A DNA stretch of 64,000 bases from sequence record KT919972.1. One strand, written 5' to 3'. The notes below the pieces were generated by a model. It saw nothing but the letters and a program-made list of their open reading frames with translations. It was not told where the DNA came from and made no database searches. How positions within the stretch are numbered: position 1 is the stretch's first letter; each line of letters starts with the position of its first letter. A program made the translations under genes and the position numbers. Positions 43,913 to 53,898 of this stretch are shown here, piece after piece.

Positions 43913-44137
43913 ATGAAAGTAGTATACGAAAACGCGACGAAGCACGAAAAAGGCTTGTTAGTTTTCTTGCGTTTCAATGACGAAACTGAATATCGCGTTG
44001 GCAAAAACGGTAAAGTTCAACGAGGTGTATCGTTCAACGGTAAAGTGAAGCGCGGTGAAAAAGTTTACGCCAATGATTTCGTTGTAGGTCATTCTAGCAA
44101 AACCGTTGATGAAGCAAACAAGAGAGTATGCAAATGA
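43913..44137 (+). CDS. Hypothetical protein
   Basis: GAGGA RBS; 74 aa. Confidence 0.6.
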   Translation: MKVVYENATKHEKGLLVFLRFNDETEYRVGKNGKVQRGVSFNGKVKRGEKVYANDFVVGHSSKTVDEANKRVCK

Positions 44138-44319
44138 ACGATAACGAACGCAAAGGCTTGCCAGCCGACATCGACTTGTTAGAAAGTGCATTGAAATTGT
44201 TACGCACAAACCCGAGCGACATTCGCAGAGTGAAACATCTAGCAGATGTAATGGCTCGCGTCAACCCACAAGTATTAGATAAAATTAAAGAACTGGAGGC
44301 ATCATGCACGCAGGTGTAA
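44134..44319 (+). CDS. Hypothetical protein
   Basis: 61 aa. Confidence 0.6.
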   Translation: MNDNERKGLPADIDLLESALKLLRTNPSDIRRVKHLADVMARVNPQVLDKIKELEASCTQV

Positions 44320-45284
44320 TTGGAAAGTTTAATAACTATCATCAAGGTCATTTCAAGCTGATTAAGTTCGCGCTATCGCTTGCAGACAAAGTAACTGTTT
44401 TGCTTTGCACTGAAAACACTGACCCGATTCCAGTTGAAACACGCATGAAATGGATGCATCAAGACTTCGGTAATCGAATTTGTATCAAAGTAATTTGCCC
44501 GAGTGATGAAGGGTTGTCGAACAAATCTGAGTCTGATCGTGAAGTTTCAAAGCAGTGGGCTGAGTACATCGACGAACATTTCCCAGAGATTGATGCATTC
44601 GTTGGTTCAGAACAGTACATCAATTACTGTGCCGAGTACGGTAACTTTGACGGAATCATCTACGACGAAGCACGAGAGATCACGCCTTGTTCGAGTACAT
44701 CGGTTCGTGAGAACAATTCACACGAGTTTTACAGCCCGAGCGCACAGCAAGATCGCGTAAAGAGAATTGCATTCATCGGTCCCGAGTCTTGTGGTAAGTC
44801 ATGGAACGCAGCATCAATCGCGGCAGCAAATGGTTACGAGCTTGTACTTGAAGCAGCACGCGACATCATGAGCGACAATCATTACACTGAACATGACGTT
44901 CTAGAGTTCGCAATTGCTCAGACTGCACGAATTGAAGCAACTGGTAAAGAAAGTGACACTGTAATCGTTGATTCTTCTGCAATCACGTCGGCTGTTTACA
45001 GTCAGTTTCAGTTCAATCAATCATCGTTTCTTCTTAATGCCTTAGCTGCATTTGAAAGCATTGATGCTTACGTGTTGTTTCGACCGAACTGTGAATTTGT
45101 TCAAGACGGGACTCGTACGCAGTCACAAGAAGACCGCGAACGTTGGTTTGAACTTGCTCATGCCATGCTTCGTCGTTTGAATAAGCCATTCATGATTGTT
45201 CAGAAAGGTAACAATTGGGAAGAACGTTTACACGAAACAGCAAGTCATGTTTCACTACTAAGAGATAAAGTAAAATGGGATTAA
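44304..45284 (+). CDS. nadR: NadR-like NMN adenylyltransferase / ribosylnicotinamide kinase (no HTH)
   Basis: GKFNNYHQGH, CSSTSVR; P-loop IGPESCGKS; FVQDGTR. Confidence 0.9.
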   Translation: MHAGVIGKFNNYHQGHFKLIKFALSLADKVTVLLCTENTDPIPVETRMKWMHQDFGNRICIKVICPSDEGLSNKSESDREVSKQWAEYIDEHFPEIDAFVGSEQYINYCAEYGNFDGIIYDEAREITPCSSTSVRENNSHEFYSPSAQQDRVKRIAFIGPESCGKSWNAASIAAANGYELVLEAARDIMSDNHYTEHDVLEFAIAQTARIEATGKESDTVIVDSSAITSAVYSQFQFNQSSFLLNALAAFESIDAYVLFRPNCEFVQDGTRTQSQEDRERWFELAHAMLRRLNKPFMIVQKGNNWEERLHETASHVSLLRDKVKWD

Positions 45285-45610
45285 TATGGATTTGTAATAT
45301 CGGTATTGTTGTTGCTACGTTGTTAGCTACAATAATCATGAAGTGTGTGTTTATGATGGACATCGAGTTCAATCGATACCTCGATAAGCTACAACTTTTC
45401 AAATATCGTCACATATTCACCAACAAAATGATGCATGAAATTACTAAAGATAAAGACGATATGGCGTTCTGGGCGTTTACATTCATGGTGTTTGACGTTG
45501 TTATATTGGGCTTGTTATGGTTACTGAGCGTTGCGTTTCCTGTAATCGCATTTATCATACTCATTCTGATTCTAATTCGAATCATCGTTATTAAGGTGAA
45601 AAAATGTTAA
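45275..45610 (+). CDS. Membrane protein
   Basis: Three hydrophobic segments; MVFD..LWLL. Confidence 0.65.
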   Translation: MGLIWICNIGIVVATLLATIIMKCVFMMDIEFNRYLDKLQLFKYRHIFTNKMMHEITKDKDDMAFWAFTFMVFDVVILGLLWLLSVAFPVIAFIILILILIRIIVIKVKKC

Positions 45611-45948
45611 TAAAAACGGTCGGCGCAATACTGATCCTGATGTGGCTGATTAACTTAGCCACCCCTATTGTACTTTCAGTGGGTGGGACATTGGTAAACT
45701 TCATGTTTCGCAGTGAAATCCCGTTCGTAGATTGGGCTAGAGCTTATCAAGAATTCAAGTATGAATGGGCCACAAATGGGTTTATGCACAATGATGATCA
45801 CGTCGTCGCGTACTTAATGTTTGACTTGATTGTGGGATTCATAGTAACATTAATCAGCTTGTGGCTGTTAGAGCAAAGCGCCGTCATATGGTTTATGATT
45901 GCCATCCCATTCATTGTCCGATTTATTACAGGGTTTATTAAAAAATGA
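45604..45948 (+). CDS. Membrane protein
   Basis: Hydrophobic; LMFD..LWLL. Confidence 0.65.
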   Translation: MLIKTVGAILILMWLINLATPIVLSVGGTLVNFMFRSEIPFVDWARAYQEFKYEWATNGFMHNDDHVVAYLMFDLIVGFIVTLISLWLLEQSAVIWFMIAIPFIVRFITGFIKK

Positions 45949-46211
45949 GTTTATCAAATTACACAGAAAACGATTTACGCGAAGAACTACAACGTCGCGA
46001 AGCTGAACGCGAACTACTTGGTAGCATTAAAGTATGCATTCAAAACAAATCTGCTCAAGCAATCGAGACGAAGCTCGTAGAACTTGCTAAGTCTTATCTT
46101 GAGGATGAATTGCAAGATCGAGAAATCGACGCGCAATGGGCATACGAGCAGTTAATGCAACTCGTATATGGTGATGATGTGTTCGTCAAACTGAACCGCC
46201 TACGTCGCTAA
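45945..46211 (+). CDS. Hypothetical protein
   Basis: 88 aa. Confidence 0.7.
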   Translation: MSLSNYTENDLREELQRREAERELLGSIKVCIQNKSAQAIETKLVELAKSYLEDELQDREIDAQWAYEQLMQLVYGDDVFVKLNRLRR

Positions 46212-46234
46212 CTCCAACTTGAGAGAAAAATATT

Positions 46235-46909
46235 ATGTTTGATTTACTGTTTAACATTAACCACACTGTGTTTTCAATTGGTGATTATGCAGTGTCTGGT
46301 CTAGAACTCTGGGCAACTCTTACTGGTTTGATTTGTGTCATCATGGCACGAATGAATATGAAGCACAACTTCACAGTCGGCATTGTGAACTGTATCGGGT
46401 TCGCAATTCTGTTCTTCCAGATTCAGTTGTATAGTGACGTGCTCTTGCAGGGATTCTTCATTGCAATGTCGATCTTCGGCTTCTACCAATGGAACAAACA
46501 AGGTGAGAACGAAGTCAAGATCAGATATTTGAAAATGCGAAAATTCGTTGGTTCAATTGTCGCGACGTTGTTAGGTACTACTGCACTAGCTTACTTCATC
46601 GACCCGATTATGCACTTTAGCGGTTCACTACTTGTTAGTGATTACGTACACGTACCTGCTGAACTCGCTGTACAAGATGCATTCACGACCGTAGCAAGTA
46701 TCATGGCATTCATGCTTATGATTCAGCGTAAAGTCGAAGCATGGTGGTACTGGGTTGCAGTCAACGTAGTGTGCATTGTGAACTACAGCACACAAGGCGT
46801 TATTGTAGTTGCTGCCGAGTACTGTATTTTCTTGGCAAACGCTGCGTATGCTATCGCAATCTGGCATAAAGAAGGCATGAAAAACGAATACATTGAGGTG
46901 AATTCATGA
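46235..46909 (+). CDS. pnuC: PnuC nicotinamide riboside transporter
   Basis: ELWA..G..N..GIVN..LYSD..LQ..YQW; DAFTT..RKVEAW.YW..N. Confidence 0.92.
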   Translation: MFDLLFNINHTVFSIGDYAVSGLELWATLTGLICVIMARMNMKHNFTVGIVNCIGFAILFFQIQLYSDVLLQGFFIAMSIFGFYQWNKQGENEVKIRYLKMRKFVGSIVATLLGTTALAYFIDPIMHFSGSLLVSDYVHVPAELAVQDAFTTVASIMAFMLMIQRKVEAWWYWVAVNVVCIVNYSTQGVIVVAAEYCIFLANAAYAIAIWHKEGMKNEYIEVNS

Positions 46910-47319
46910 GACAAATCATATTCAACGGTTACAACGGCAAAGAAGTTGAAGAATTTCACAACGGGCTTGAATATATCCCACAAGAAGGTGAAATCAAATT
47001 CAACGGCAAGTACTACAAAGCAAATACCACGTTCTTGGTTGATGCAGATAATTGCCTTGGTGTTATCGACGATAGCACATGGGACGAAGTGAAAGACGCT
47101 GTAAACGCCGTTTTCAAGACAACAGGTGAATTCACGAAGCGTTTTCCAGATACTGACGTTGTAGCAGTTGTCTTTGATAACGCACTACCGCAAGCATTAG
47201 ACAAAGCATTGCAGCTTGCATTCATTCACGATCTCGACCGTAACAGCGTTGATTGTCAAGTCATGCTAAACGGTTACGAGCAACTAAAAACAAAAGGTTG
47301 GATTGGCGATGGTTGTTAA
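46906..47319 (+). CDS. Hypothetical protein
   Basis: GAGG RBS; 137 aa. Confidence 0.7.
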   Translation: MRQIIFNGYNGKEVEEFHNGLEYIPQEGEIKFNGKYYKANTTFLVDADNCLGVIDDSTWDEVKDAVNAVFKTTGEFTKRFPDTDVVAVVFDNALPQALDKALQLAFIHDLDRNSVDCQVMLNGYEQLKTKGWIGDGC

Positions 47320-47599
47320 AGGGTTACCAGTTTATCTAGTTGGCTCACCGTGCATCATGATCGATGCGCAAACTAAAGCTCCACTAAATGGCACTGTTCA
47401 AGAAGATGTCGAAAAGCAAGTATTGGAAATGCGAAGCTTCTTGAGCAAACCGAATTTGTGGCTTGAGAAAGTACTTGAAGAACTAGCGGACGGCGCGATT
47501 CAAGAAGGTGCAACTGCACTATACTTGTACGACGTTGACCATTATGCAGAAATCCCGAACACGGGTACCATTTACAAGATTCGAGGGGCGTGGGCATGA
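47309..47599 (+). CDS. Hypothetical protein
   Basis: 96 aa. Confidence 0.65.
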   Translation: MVVKGLPVYLVGSPCIMIDAQTKAPLNGTVQEDVEKQVLEMRSFLSKPNLWLEKVLEELADGAIQEGATALYLYDVDHYAEIPNTGTIYKIRGAWA

Positions 47600-48093
47600 C
47601 ATATCGAAAGTTCGACTTACGTGAGAACTTCGAGCACTGCACTGACGAGCAAATGACGAATTTGCATTTCGTATTTGATAAAGTCGAACCTTATTGGCGT
47701 GATTGCAAGATGCTAACCGAAGAACAGCGTTATCGGTTAGCTCAGTGTCATACAATGGCGGTTGCTCAGACGTTAAGAAACGCTATCATTGATCGTGAAC
47801 GCCATCAAATCATGGAACGATTACGTCAAGAAGAAGCAGATCGTATTTACGATGGTGATGTATCGAAGTTATATTTGTACTACCCACACCATCTTGTAGA
47901 TGACGAATACAAAGTCAAAGCACTATGGTGGGTTGAGTATTGTGATGAAGATATCGAAAATATCGAAGCTGCTCTTGTGAAAAGTCGCTACAGTGAAGGT
48001 CGCTTTATGACCCGTGATCGTTATCACCTCGAAACGATGATGAATGTTTTTGATGTAGTACGTGAAAAACTTGAAAGAAGATACTTGATGTAG
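47596..48093 (+). CDS. Hypothetical protein
   Basis: 165 aa; ATGA overlap. Confidence 0.7.
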   Translation: MTYRKFDLRENFEHCTDEQMTNLHFVFDKVEPYWRDCKMLTEEQRYRLAQCHTMAVAQTLRNAIIDRERHQIMERLRQEEADRIYDGDVSKLYLYYPHHLVDDEYKVKALWWVEYCDEDIENIEAALVKSRYSEGRFMTRDRYHLETMMNVFDVVREKLERRYLM

Positions 48094-48132
48094 TGTTTTG
48101 ATTCGTGTATACTCTTAAAAAAGGAGTATCAC

Positions 48133-48327
48133 ATGAACCAAGTACCAGATTTAATCTTCCATCTAATGAACGACAATGAAATCATCACAATGTGTTTCAT
48201 TGTTGCTCTAACACTCGTGATAATGCACGCAATTACGTTTAGAAATTGCGTTGTGTTATTCTTTTCATCATTTATTCACGGCATCATGACGTTTGTTGCC
48301 TTATTCTATACGCCTATGGGAGGCTAA
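48133..48327 (+). CDS. Small membrane protein
   Basis: AAGGAG RBS; hydrophobic. Confidence 0.65.
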   Translation: MNQVPDLIFHLMNDNEIITMCFIVALTLVIMHAITFRNCVVLFFSSFIHGIMTFVALFYTPMGG

Positions 48328-48328
48328 T

Positions 48329-48598
48329 ATGAGCGCACCTAGTACTGCACATTTCTTCGCTGTTCATGAAGACGGCGAGCGAGAACATTTAGGTTATATT
48401 TTCTGCAACTGTGGTTGGGTCTTCCATGAAGAACACTTCTTGGCTGATCTTGCAGACGACATCGAACACAGCGCGATTCTAAACGGCACTATGAAGAAAG
48501 GTGTTGAGTGGGATTATGTCGAGGCATATGGCATGGTATGGTCAAAAGAAACTGTAATGAGCCATTTACCAGATCTCGCACCAACAAGAGGTGAGTGA
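48329..48598 (+). CDS. Hypothetical protein
   Basis: GGAGG RBS; 89 aa. Confidence 0.7.
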   Translation: MSAPSTAHFFAVHEDGEREHLGYIFCNCGWVFHEEHFLADLADDIEHSAILNGTMKKGVEWDYVEAYGMVWSKETVMSHLPDLAPTRGE

Positions 48599-48813
48599 TG
48601 TTAGATGCGATTCACTTCACTATCATCAAGTCGCCTATCTTGTTCACTGTGTTAGAATCATTTCTTATTCTATTCACAGCGGGAGCAATGGAGTGGATAC
48701 CTGAGTCAGATGAATCAGAAATCGGAATCGCCGTATGTCTGTTTTTGTTCTTCATGTCAATGATGATATTCATACCGTACATGTGGGTTTTCTATGAACC
48801 ATCATACTTCTAA
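48598..48813 (+). CDS. Small membrane protein
   Basis: Two hydrophobic segments. Confidence 0.6.
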   Translation: MLDAIHFTIIKSPILFTVLESFLILFTAGAMEWIPESDESEIGIAVCLFLFFMSMMIFIPYMWVFYEPSYF

Positions 48814-48835
48814 GACGCTTCGGCGTCTTTTTTTT
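48812..48835 (+). terminator. Intrinsic terminator
   Basis: AAGACGC-TTCG-GCGTCTT plus T run. Confidence 0.9.
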
Positions 48836-48856
48836 CGGTTTGAATAAAATAATTTG

Positions 48857-48925
48857 AAAAAGTGGTTGCATTGAATGACGAATACCCCTAATATAGCTAC
48901 ATCGAAACGAGATACAGAGAACATT
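48857..48925 (+). promoter_or_regulatory. Early promoter/leader cassette
   Basis: TTGCAT-17-TAATAT; ATCGAAACGAGATAC; GAGAACATT-ATG. Confidence 0.85.
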
Positions 48926-49288
48926 ATGAAAACTCATCTACGCGACAATGCAGTAACAAGCACGACTCACATTGAACTTGAAATCACGACACCTGTTCTT
49001 GGTTGGTTCAATAATGAATTCAATCAAGCTGACGGCTGGGTGATTGTTGCACTAGACGAGTTCGAAAAAGCGTTTCTTGAAAATGCATCAATCGACCACT
49101 CAAATGTGTATCGCGTTATGAACGATGATCGCACTAGCTTGTGTCGAATCGACGTTGAAAATGAAACATATGCGTTTCTCGACAACGGTGAGTTAATGGA
49201 AACTGGTATGTACAAATTCGAGCGACCTGCTAAGTACAGTTCACTGTACATTGACAGTACGAATGAATTATTCAATCAAGGGAAATAA
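48926..49288 (+). CDS. Acidic hypothetical protein
   Basis: 120 aa from cassette ATG. Confidence 0.75.
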   Translation: MKTHLRDNAVTSTTHIELEITTPVLGWFNNEFNQADGWVIVALDEFEKAFLENASIDHSNVYRVMNDDRTSLCRIDVENETYAFLDNGELMETGMYKFERPAKYSSLYIDSTNELFNQGK

Positions 49289-49289
49289 T

Positions 49290-49520
49290 ATGTTGAAACT
49301 AACTGTTTTTGACGTTGAACAAGTTGTTCAAGTCGGTATGCCAATTCGCGTACAGAATATTCGCACTGAAGAAGTATTTACGACTCATGTCGGGTTGATT
49401 CGCGGTCACTTCGTTGCCGTGTATGACGATGACAGCATTTACATTTTCACCGATGGTACTCGCTTAGATGAAACTGAGCTGTTTCGTCTAGCTGACAACG
49501 CAACACTAACACACATTTAA
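49290..49520 (+). CDS. Hypothetical protein
   Basis: 76 aa. Confidence 0.65.
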   Translation: MLKLTVFDVEQVVQVGMPIRVQNIRTEEVFTTHVGLIRGHFVAVYDDDSIYIFTDGTRLDETELFRLADNATLTHI

Positions 49521-49531
49521 AGGAAAACATC

Positions 49532-49771
49532 ATGTTTGGTTTTGTAGAAGATATGTTTGACAGTGCAGTTAACACAGTAGACGACTTCATCAACGACCCG
49601 ATTGGTCAGACTGTGCATCATGCAACATCACCGATTCGCGACGCTGCTGAGATCATCGACGGTCTAACTGAAGGCGAAATCAGAGGCATGGCTGTTGCTC
49701 GATTAGGCGCAGATGTTGCGGCTGGTATGGCAATTTCTGAAATCATCGAAGTACTTGAATTGGGAGAATAG
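49532..49771 (+). CDS. Small acidic hypothetical protein
   Basis: AAGGA RBS; 79 aa. Confidence 0.7.
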   Translation: MFGFVEDMFDSAVNTVDDFINDPIGQTVHHATSPIRDAAEIIDGLTEGEIRGMAVARLGADVAAGMAISEIIEVLELGE

Positions 49772-49773
49772 TA

Positions 49774-50052
49774 GTGACAGTGCAAAAAGAAATTATATGG
49801 AAACGTCACGTATGTTTAACGTACTATCATTCGTTCATAATCACTTTCAATGCATTCATTGCATCGTCAATATATGAACATGCAGTAGCAACAATCATCG
49901 GGTTACTACCTGGTATGGCTATTGGAATTAGTTCATGGCTAATTTTTGACATGTGGTTCGATAACAAAAAAACATTCTTTAAAGATGTACAGGCTCCTGT
50001 AAAACATCTAGTCACTTACCTTATTGAAAAGATGAGTAAGAAAAATGCCTAA
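49774..50052 (+). CDS. Membrane protein
   Basis: Two hydrophobic segments; GTG start. Confidence 0.6.
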   Translation: MTVQKEIIWKRHVCLTYYHSFIITFNAFIASSIYEHAVATIIGLLPGMAIGISSWLIFDMWFDNKKTFFKDVQAPVKHLVTYLIEKMSKKNA

Positions 50053-50201
50053 AGCAATCTTCACACTATTTCGAATAGTAGCAATATATGCAGTTGGTGT
50101 AATGACATCTTCTTTATACGCACACAGCCCAATGATGCTCATCGCACCTGCGATGGTTGTAATCGGGTTCGGTGTTTCACTAATGACGGATATAGTATCA
50201 A

Positions 50202-50936
50202 ATGAAAAAAACTAAAATCGACGCAAGAATCGGGATGTCGTCTCTTTGTGGTGTATCAGGTTCATTCCCGTTCGCACACGGAAATTACTGTAGCAACTCA
50301 CAAGGTTATTACTTTGTCAACTTATGGGCAGAGAATCTTAAACATCTAGTAGCTAACGATTACTTGCCTGACGGGCAAATCGAAGTGCTGTTGTTTAGAG
50401 ACAATATGCAACAGAACTACGTTTATGCCTACGTTATTGACGAGCGTGTGCCGAAAGAAGCAATTCACGCGCCATACTTCTGCGGTATTGCGACCTCAGT
50501 TGAGATTATGCGCTATCATCATCAAACACCAGACGATAAATGTCTATGCCATTCTGAAGACCACAGATTGCTTAGTGTGCGTTCGCAAGACTTCAAAGGT
50601 CGTACAGTACGCCATTGCCCTGAGTGTGACACTCGCTACACTATTCAGATGCCAAGGCGCGACGCTATCTTCCGTGTTCAGACGTTTACCGAGGACGGCT
50701 GGGGTAAGTGGAAGCTACTGTATCACAAGAACGGTGTTTTCTACACGATTCCTGAAAATGAGCCGGTAGCTGCCGAAGACATCATCAAGGTTGACGTGAA
50801 ACCGGTGAATGAATTCGGTACTGGCGACGATCAGCAAGCGGCAATCTCGCTTGAGCAATTTAACTTCAGTGGCGTTGTTGAGAAAGCAATCCCACAAGAA
50901 GTAGACGGCAAGATTGAATATATTGTACAAAAATAG
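50202..50936 (+). CDS. Hypothetical protein with Cys-rich finger
   Basis: 244 aa; CLCH..CPEC. Confidence 0.7.
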   Translation: MKKTKIDARIGMSSLCGVSGSFPFAHGNYCSNSQGYYFVNLWAENLKHLVANDYLPDGQIEVLLFRDNMQQNYVYAYVIDERVPKEAIHAPYFCGIATSVEIMRYHHQTPDDKCLCHSEDHRLLSVRSQDFKGRTVRHCPECDTRYTIQMPRRDAIFRVQTFTEDGWGKWKLLYHKNGVFYTIPENEPVAAEDIIKVDVKPVNEFGTGDDQQAAISLEQFNFSGVVEKAIPQEVDGKIEYIVQK

Positions 50937-51010
50937 TACAAAAATCGGCGTTCCTGCGGAGCTGAGTGTCTGGCGACACTGTTTCAGCTCCTTGGTTTAT
51001 TGAGGTACTT

Positions 51011-51328
51011 ATGGTATTCACTGAAGAGCAGCTTGATCAAGTCGAGCACAACTACTCGCATATTGATACTGTCAATCTTGCAGATAGAAAGGGCGTGCCA
51101 CAAGCGAAGTATGTCATAGAGATACGACAAGGCACGTATACTAAATTCAAAACATCTTGGTTAAGTCAAGATTCATGCGAAGAGCGAGATATTGACCCGG
51201 AGCTAGTCGGTTATTGGATCTTATCAGACGCAATCGACCCTTATTGGTACTCAGTTCAAGAATGCTTAGAGCAGTATGAATGGGAACCAGCACGCGAAGT
51301 AACAATCACAACATGGGAAGCAATTTAA
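51011..51328 (+). CDS. Acidic hypothetical protein
   Basis: GAGGT RBS before ATG 51011. Confidence 0.65.
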   Translation: MVFTEEQLDQVEHNYSHIDTVNLADRKGVPQAKYVIEIRQGTYTKFKTSWLSQDSCEERDIDPELVGYWILSDAIDPYWYSVQECLEQYEWEPAREVTITTWEAI

Positions 51329-51702
51329 TGAGCACAAATTCAAGCATTAGCATTACACAAGAAAACGGTCAAGTTCGTTCAATCTACTGTCACTGGGATG
51401 GCGGTTTATGGGATGGCGGTGTAGCTGACAATCTACTTCAGTTCTATCGCACAGAAGACGAAATCAATGCACTTATCGATCAAGGTGAATGTAGCTCACT
51501 TGGTGGTACAATCGAAGATAGCGTTTTCTACGCTCGTGATCGTGGTGAAGACATTACGATTTACATCGACAACATCCCAGAGCAAGAATACAACTACATG
51601 TTTAAAGACGGTAAATGGTTTGTATGTTGTCCTGAAACAAATTGGGAAGATGTCGTTCTAACAAACGAGCTTCGAATTGAACTTGAAAACTGTGAAGACT
51701 AA
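51328..51702 (+). CDS. Conserved phage protein (IYCHWDG family)
   Basis: RSIYCHWDG..L..G..SSLG..YARDRGE..EYNY.F. Confidence 0.75.
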   Translation: MSTNSSISITQENGQVRSIYCHWDGGLWDGGVADNLLQFYRTEDEINALIDQGECSSLGGTIEDSVFYARDRGEDITIYIDNIPEQEYNYMFKDGKWFVCCPETNWEDVVLTNELRIELENCED

Positions 51703-51704
51703 TC

Positions 51705-52064
51705 ATGTCAAATTATCAACCCGAAGAAATAATCAAAGACGCTTCTGGTAACGAATATCAGATCGGCGCGTATTATAAAGTCACTGAGACTGAACCCAAT
51801 TGGGGGTTTCGAGAATCTAGAATCGTACAGATGGTTCCTAATTTCGATTTTGCATATCATACAGTCGAAGAAGTTCACGGCGTATTCGGTACAATCCGCA
51901 AGCCGCCTCCGAAATTAATCGAAGGTAAAGCATATATGTTCTGCATGTGTGATTCTAACGAGCGTAGCGTGGGTATATGGGGCGGAATAGACAAAGGCTT
52001 TGTATGCGGTCCCGTTAATCTTAAAATGTCTCAAATCGACGCACAGACGCTCTCAGAGGTATAG
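51705..52064 (+). CDS. Hypothetical protein
   Basis: 119 aa. Confidence 0.65.
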   Translation: MSNYQPEEIIKDASGNEYQIGAYYKVTETEPNWGFRESRIVQMVPNFDFAYHTVEEVHGVFGTIRKPPPKLIEGKAYMFCMCDSNERSVGIWGGIDKGFVCGPVNLKMSQIDAQTLSEV

Positions 52065-52343
52065 ATGAAAACTACGTTCTTTAATGCATCGGGAAATGAG
52101 ATGAGCTATCAATGGTTTCACGTACCGTTTGCTTATACAAAATTAAATCTCGGTAACAAGCAATTAGTGATTGCTGAGATTTCACGTAATGTAAAACGCA
52201 TCGCGTATGCATTACGAAACAACGAAACAGGTCGTATTGGTATTGTTCGCTTTAAACCGATTCATGAAGATCGTAAGCGCGGAAAATACTTCGAATACAA
52301 AGGTAATAAAGTTTTCTTGAAAGATGTCGGGGTTGTTCTATGA
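52065..52343 (+). CDS. Basic hypothetical protein
   Basis: GAGG RBS; 92 aa. Confidence 0.7.
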   Translation: MKTTFFNASGNEMSYQWFHVPFAYTKLNLGNKQLVIAEISRNVKRIAYALRNNETGRIGIVRFKPIHEDRKRGKYFEYKGNKVFLKDVGVVL

Positions 52344-52519
52344 AGTGTGAAATCTGCGGACACCCTGACGGGTACAGTGATGGTGTTGGTATGATTCTGT
52401 GCAATGACTGCTACAGTTTAGCACGCAGACCATTTATTGGCTATGCTGAAGAAGAAAAGCCAGTTATCGTGCCGCCGTCACTTATAGACAAAATCAAAAA
52501 ACTTTTCGAAAAGGGTTGA
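52340..52519 (+). CDS. Small Zn-finger protein (59 aa)
   Basis: CEICG..CNDC; stop lies inside the next cassette. Confidence 0.6.
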   Translation: MKCEICGHPDGYSDGVGMILCNDCYSLARRPFIGYAEEEKPVIVPPSLIDKIKKLFEKG

Positions 52520-52579
52520 CAGATGTCAGCCCTTTTTTGTATTATAGCTACATCGAAACGAGATACTAAAGAGAACATT
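52508..52579 (+). promoter_or_regulatory. Terminator/promoter/leader cassette
   Basis: GGGTTGACA-GA-TGTCAGCCC hairpin; TTGACA-18-TATTAT; ATCGAAACGAGATAC. Confidence 0.88.
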
Positions 52580-52888
52580 ATGATTACACTATCTACAAAC
52601 AAAGAACAACTAGCTATCTTCTGCGTACTTGATTCAGCACTAAGTGCCCCAATCATGAACTTCGTTAAAACAAAGACAGTTCTAGACTCCAGTGCGTATG
52701 AACTTGAGTTGTTGTATCATCTTGAGTTGTCTCGCGGAGATGTTCTTGCACTAGCAAAAGCAGTTGAAGCAAGTGACTTCGACCACGAAGACGAAATCGG
52801 TCTTATCTTCAACGAATCAATGTCAGAAATGCTTTTTGAAATTTACGAAGAAAACGACACAGATTCTATTCACGGTATTGCACTATAA
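52580..52888 (+). CDS. Acidic hypothetical protein
   Basis: 102 aa from cassette ATG. Confidence 0.75.
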   Translation: MITLSTNKEQLAIFCVLDSALSAPIMNFVKTKTVLDSSAYELELLYHLELSRGDVLALAKAVEASDFDHEDEIGLIFNESMSEMLFEIYEENDTDSIHGIAL

Positions 52889-52898
52889 GGAGCGCATT

Positions 52899-53351
52899 AT
52901 GATTTACCCATTACCACCTGTACTTTGGTCTTTTCAAGATTATGAGCGCGAAACTGGTCTTCGCATTTGGGAAGAAATGATCTCTAACGTCGAGGGTACT
53001 GGTATTCGTCTGTTTGCTGCGAAGTACAACAACTTTGTATTCGACGCTGTTCACCCTAAAGTACCTCTGTGCGATCACTTTAATGTACTCGAACCGCTAG
53101 ATGCGACAATCAACTTTCATAGCAATAGCTATACGATTGTCATCATCACAGAAGATTCATTCGATGTGCTTTTCTCAGAGCGTGCAAGCGAACGTACAAT
53201 CGCAGACGTTGAACGTATTATTAACAACTGTGCTGAAAGATGGAATGAAGACCGTCTTTGTACTCACGAGCAGCGTTACACAATCGAGTGGTGCAGTGCA
53301 AGTCAAGACTACATCATCAACACAGTGACATTTGAACGTAAGTGGGGTTAA
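52899..53351 (+). CDS. Hypothetical protein
   Basis: AAGGAG RBS; 150 aa. Confidence 0.7.
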   Translation: MIYPLPPVLWSFQDYERETGLRIWEEMISNVEGTGIRLFAAKYNNFVFDAVHPKVPLCDHFNVLEPLDATINFHSNSYTIVIITEDSFDVLFSERASERTIADVERIINNCAERWNEDRLCTHEQRYTIEWCSASQDYIINTVTFERKWG

Positions 53352-53353
53352 TC

Positions 53354-53611
53354 ATGGAATGGCTTATTTTCTCGGGAGTATGTGCTTGTATTGCCATATA
53401 TCTGACTTGCAAAAAAGACTGCAAGCATGACTGGATGATCGTCAAAGACGAAACAACGAAATCAAGTGGTGAAGTATACGGCGAAATGACAGGCAACGTC
53501 CCAACACCTCGTAACTCATATCACATGCAAGAACTCACGTCACGCAAGCGTATTATCATTATGACGTGCGTGAAATGTGGTAAGATAGACAAAACAGTGG
53601 AGACTATCTAA
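53354..53611 (+). CDS. TM-anchored CxH...CxxC protein
   Basis: CKHDW..CVKCGK. Confidence 0.7.
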   Translation: MEWLIFSGVCACIAIYLTCKKDCKHDWMIVKDETTKSSGEVYGEMTGNVPTPRNSYHMQELTSRKRIIIMTCVKCGKIDKTVETI

Positions 53612-53898
53612 TGCAGTACACGTTAGAATTACTAAATGAAAAGCTCGAATCTCTGAAGAAAAAACAATTTGGGTGGGTTGTAGCATTGCCTCACAAACAA
53701 GGTGGTGAAATTGCAGTTGTTCAGAAAATCATTTCTGACATTGCAGTACAGATTACATCAATCGAGCACGATATTAAACTTATCGAAGCTTCACGCGGGT
53801 TAAACGCAACGACTGTTAAGCAATTAGTTGATGAGCACTACCGTGTACATCACGGACTTGATGAAAACGACAACTTTATTACACGAGCGGCAGACTAA
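53611..53898 (+). CDS. Hypothetical coiled-coil protein
   Basis: TAATG overlaps; 95 aa. Confidence 0.65.
   Translation: MQYTLELLNEKLESLKKKQFGWVVALPHKQGGEIAVVQKIISDIAVQITSIEHDIKLIEASRGLNATTVKQLVDEHYRVHHGLDENDNFITRAAD

Noticed and set aside
43702-43980. Programmed frameshift or readthrough joining short frames
   Set aside because: No valid slippery heptamer in frame; two ordinary short ORFs (31 and 55 aa) explain it, with low support for either.
46212-46234. NAD/NMN riboswitch upstream of pnuC
   Set aside because: Only 23 nt separate pnuC from the upstream stop; no room for an aptamer.
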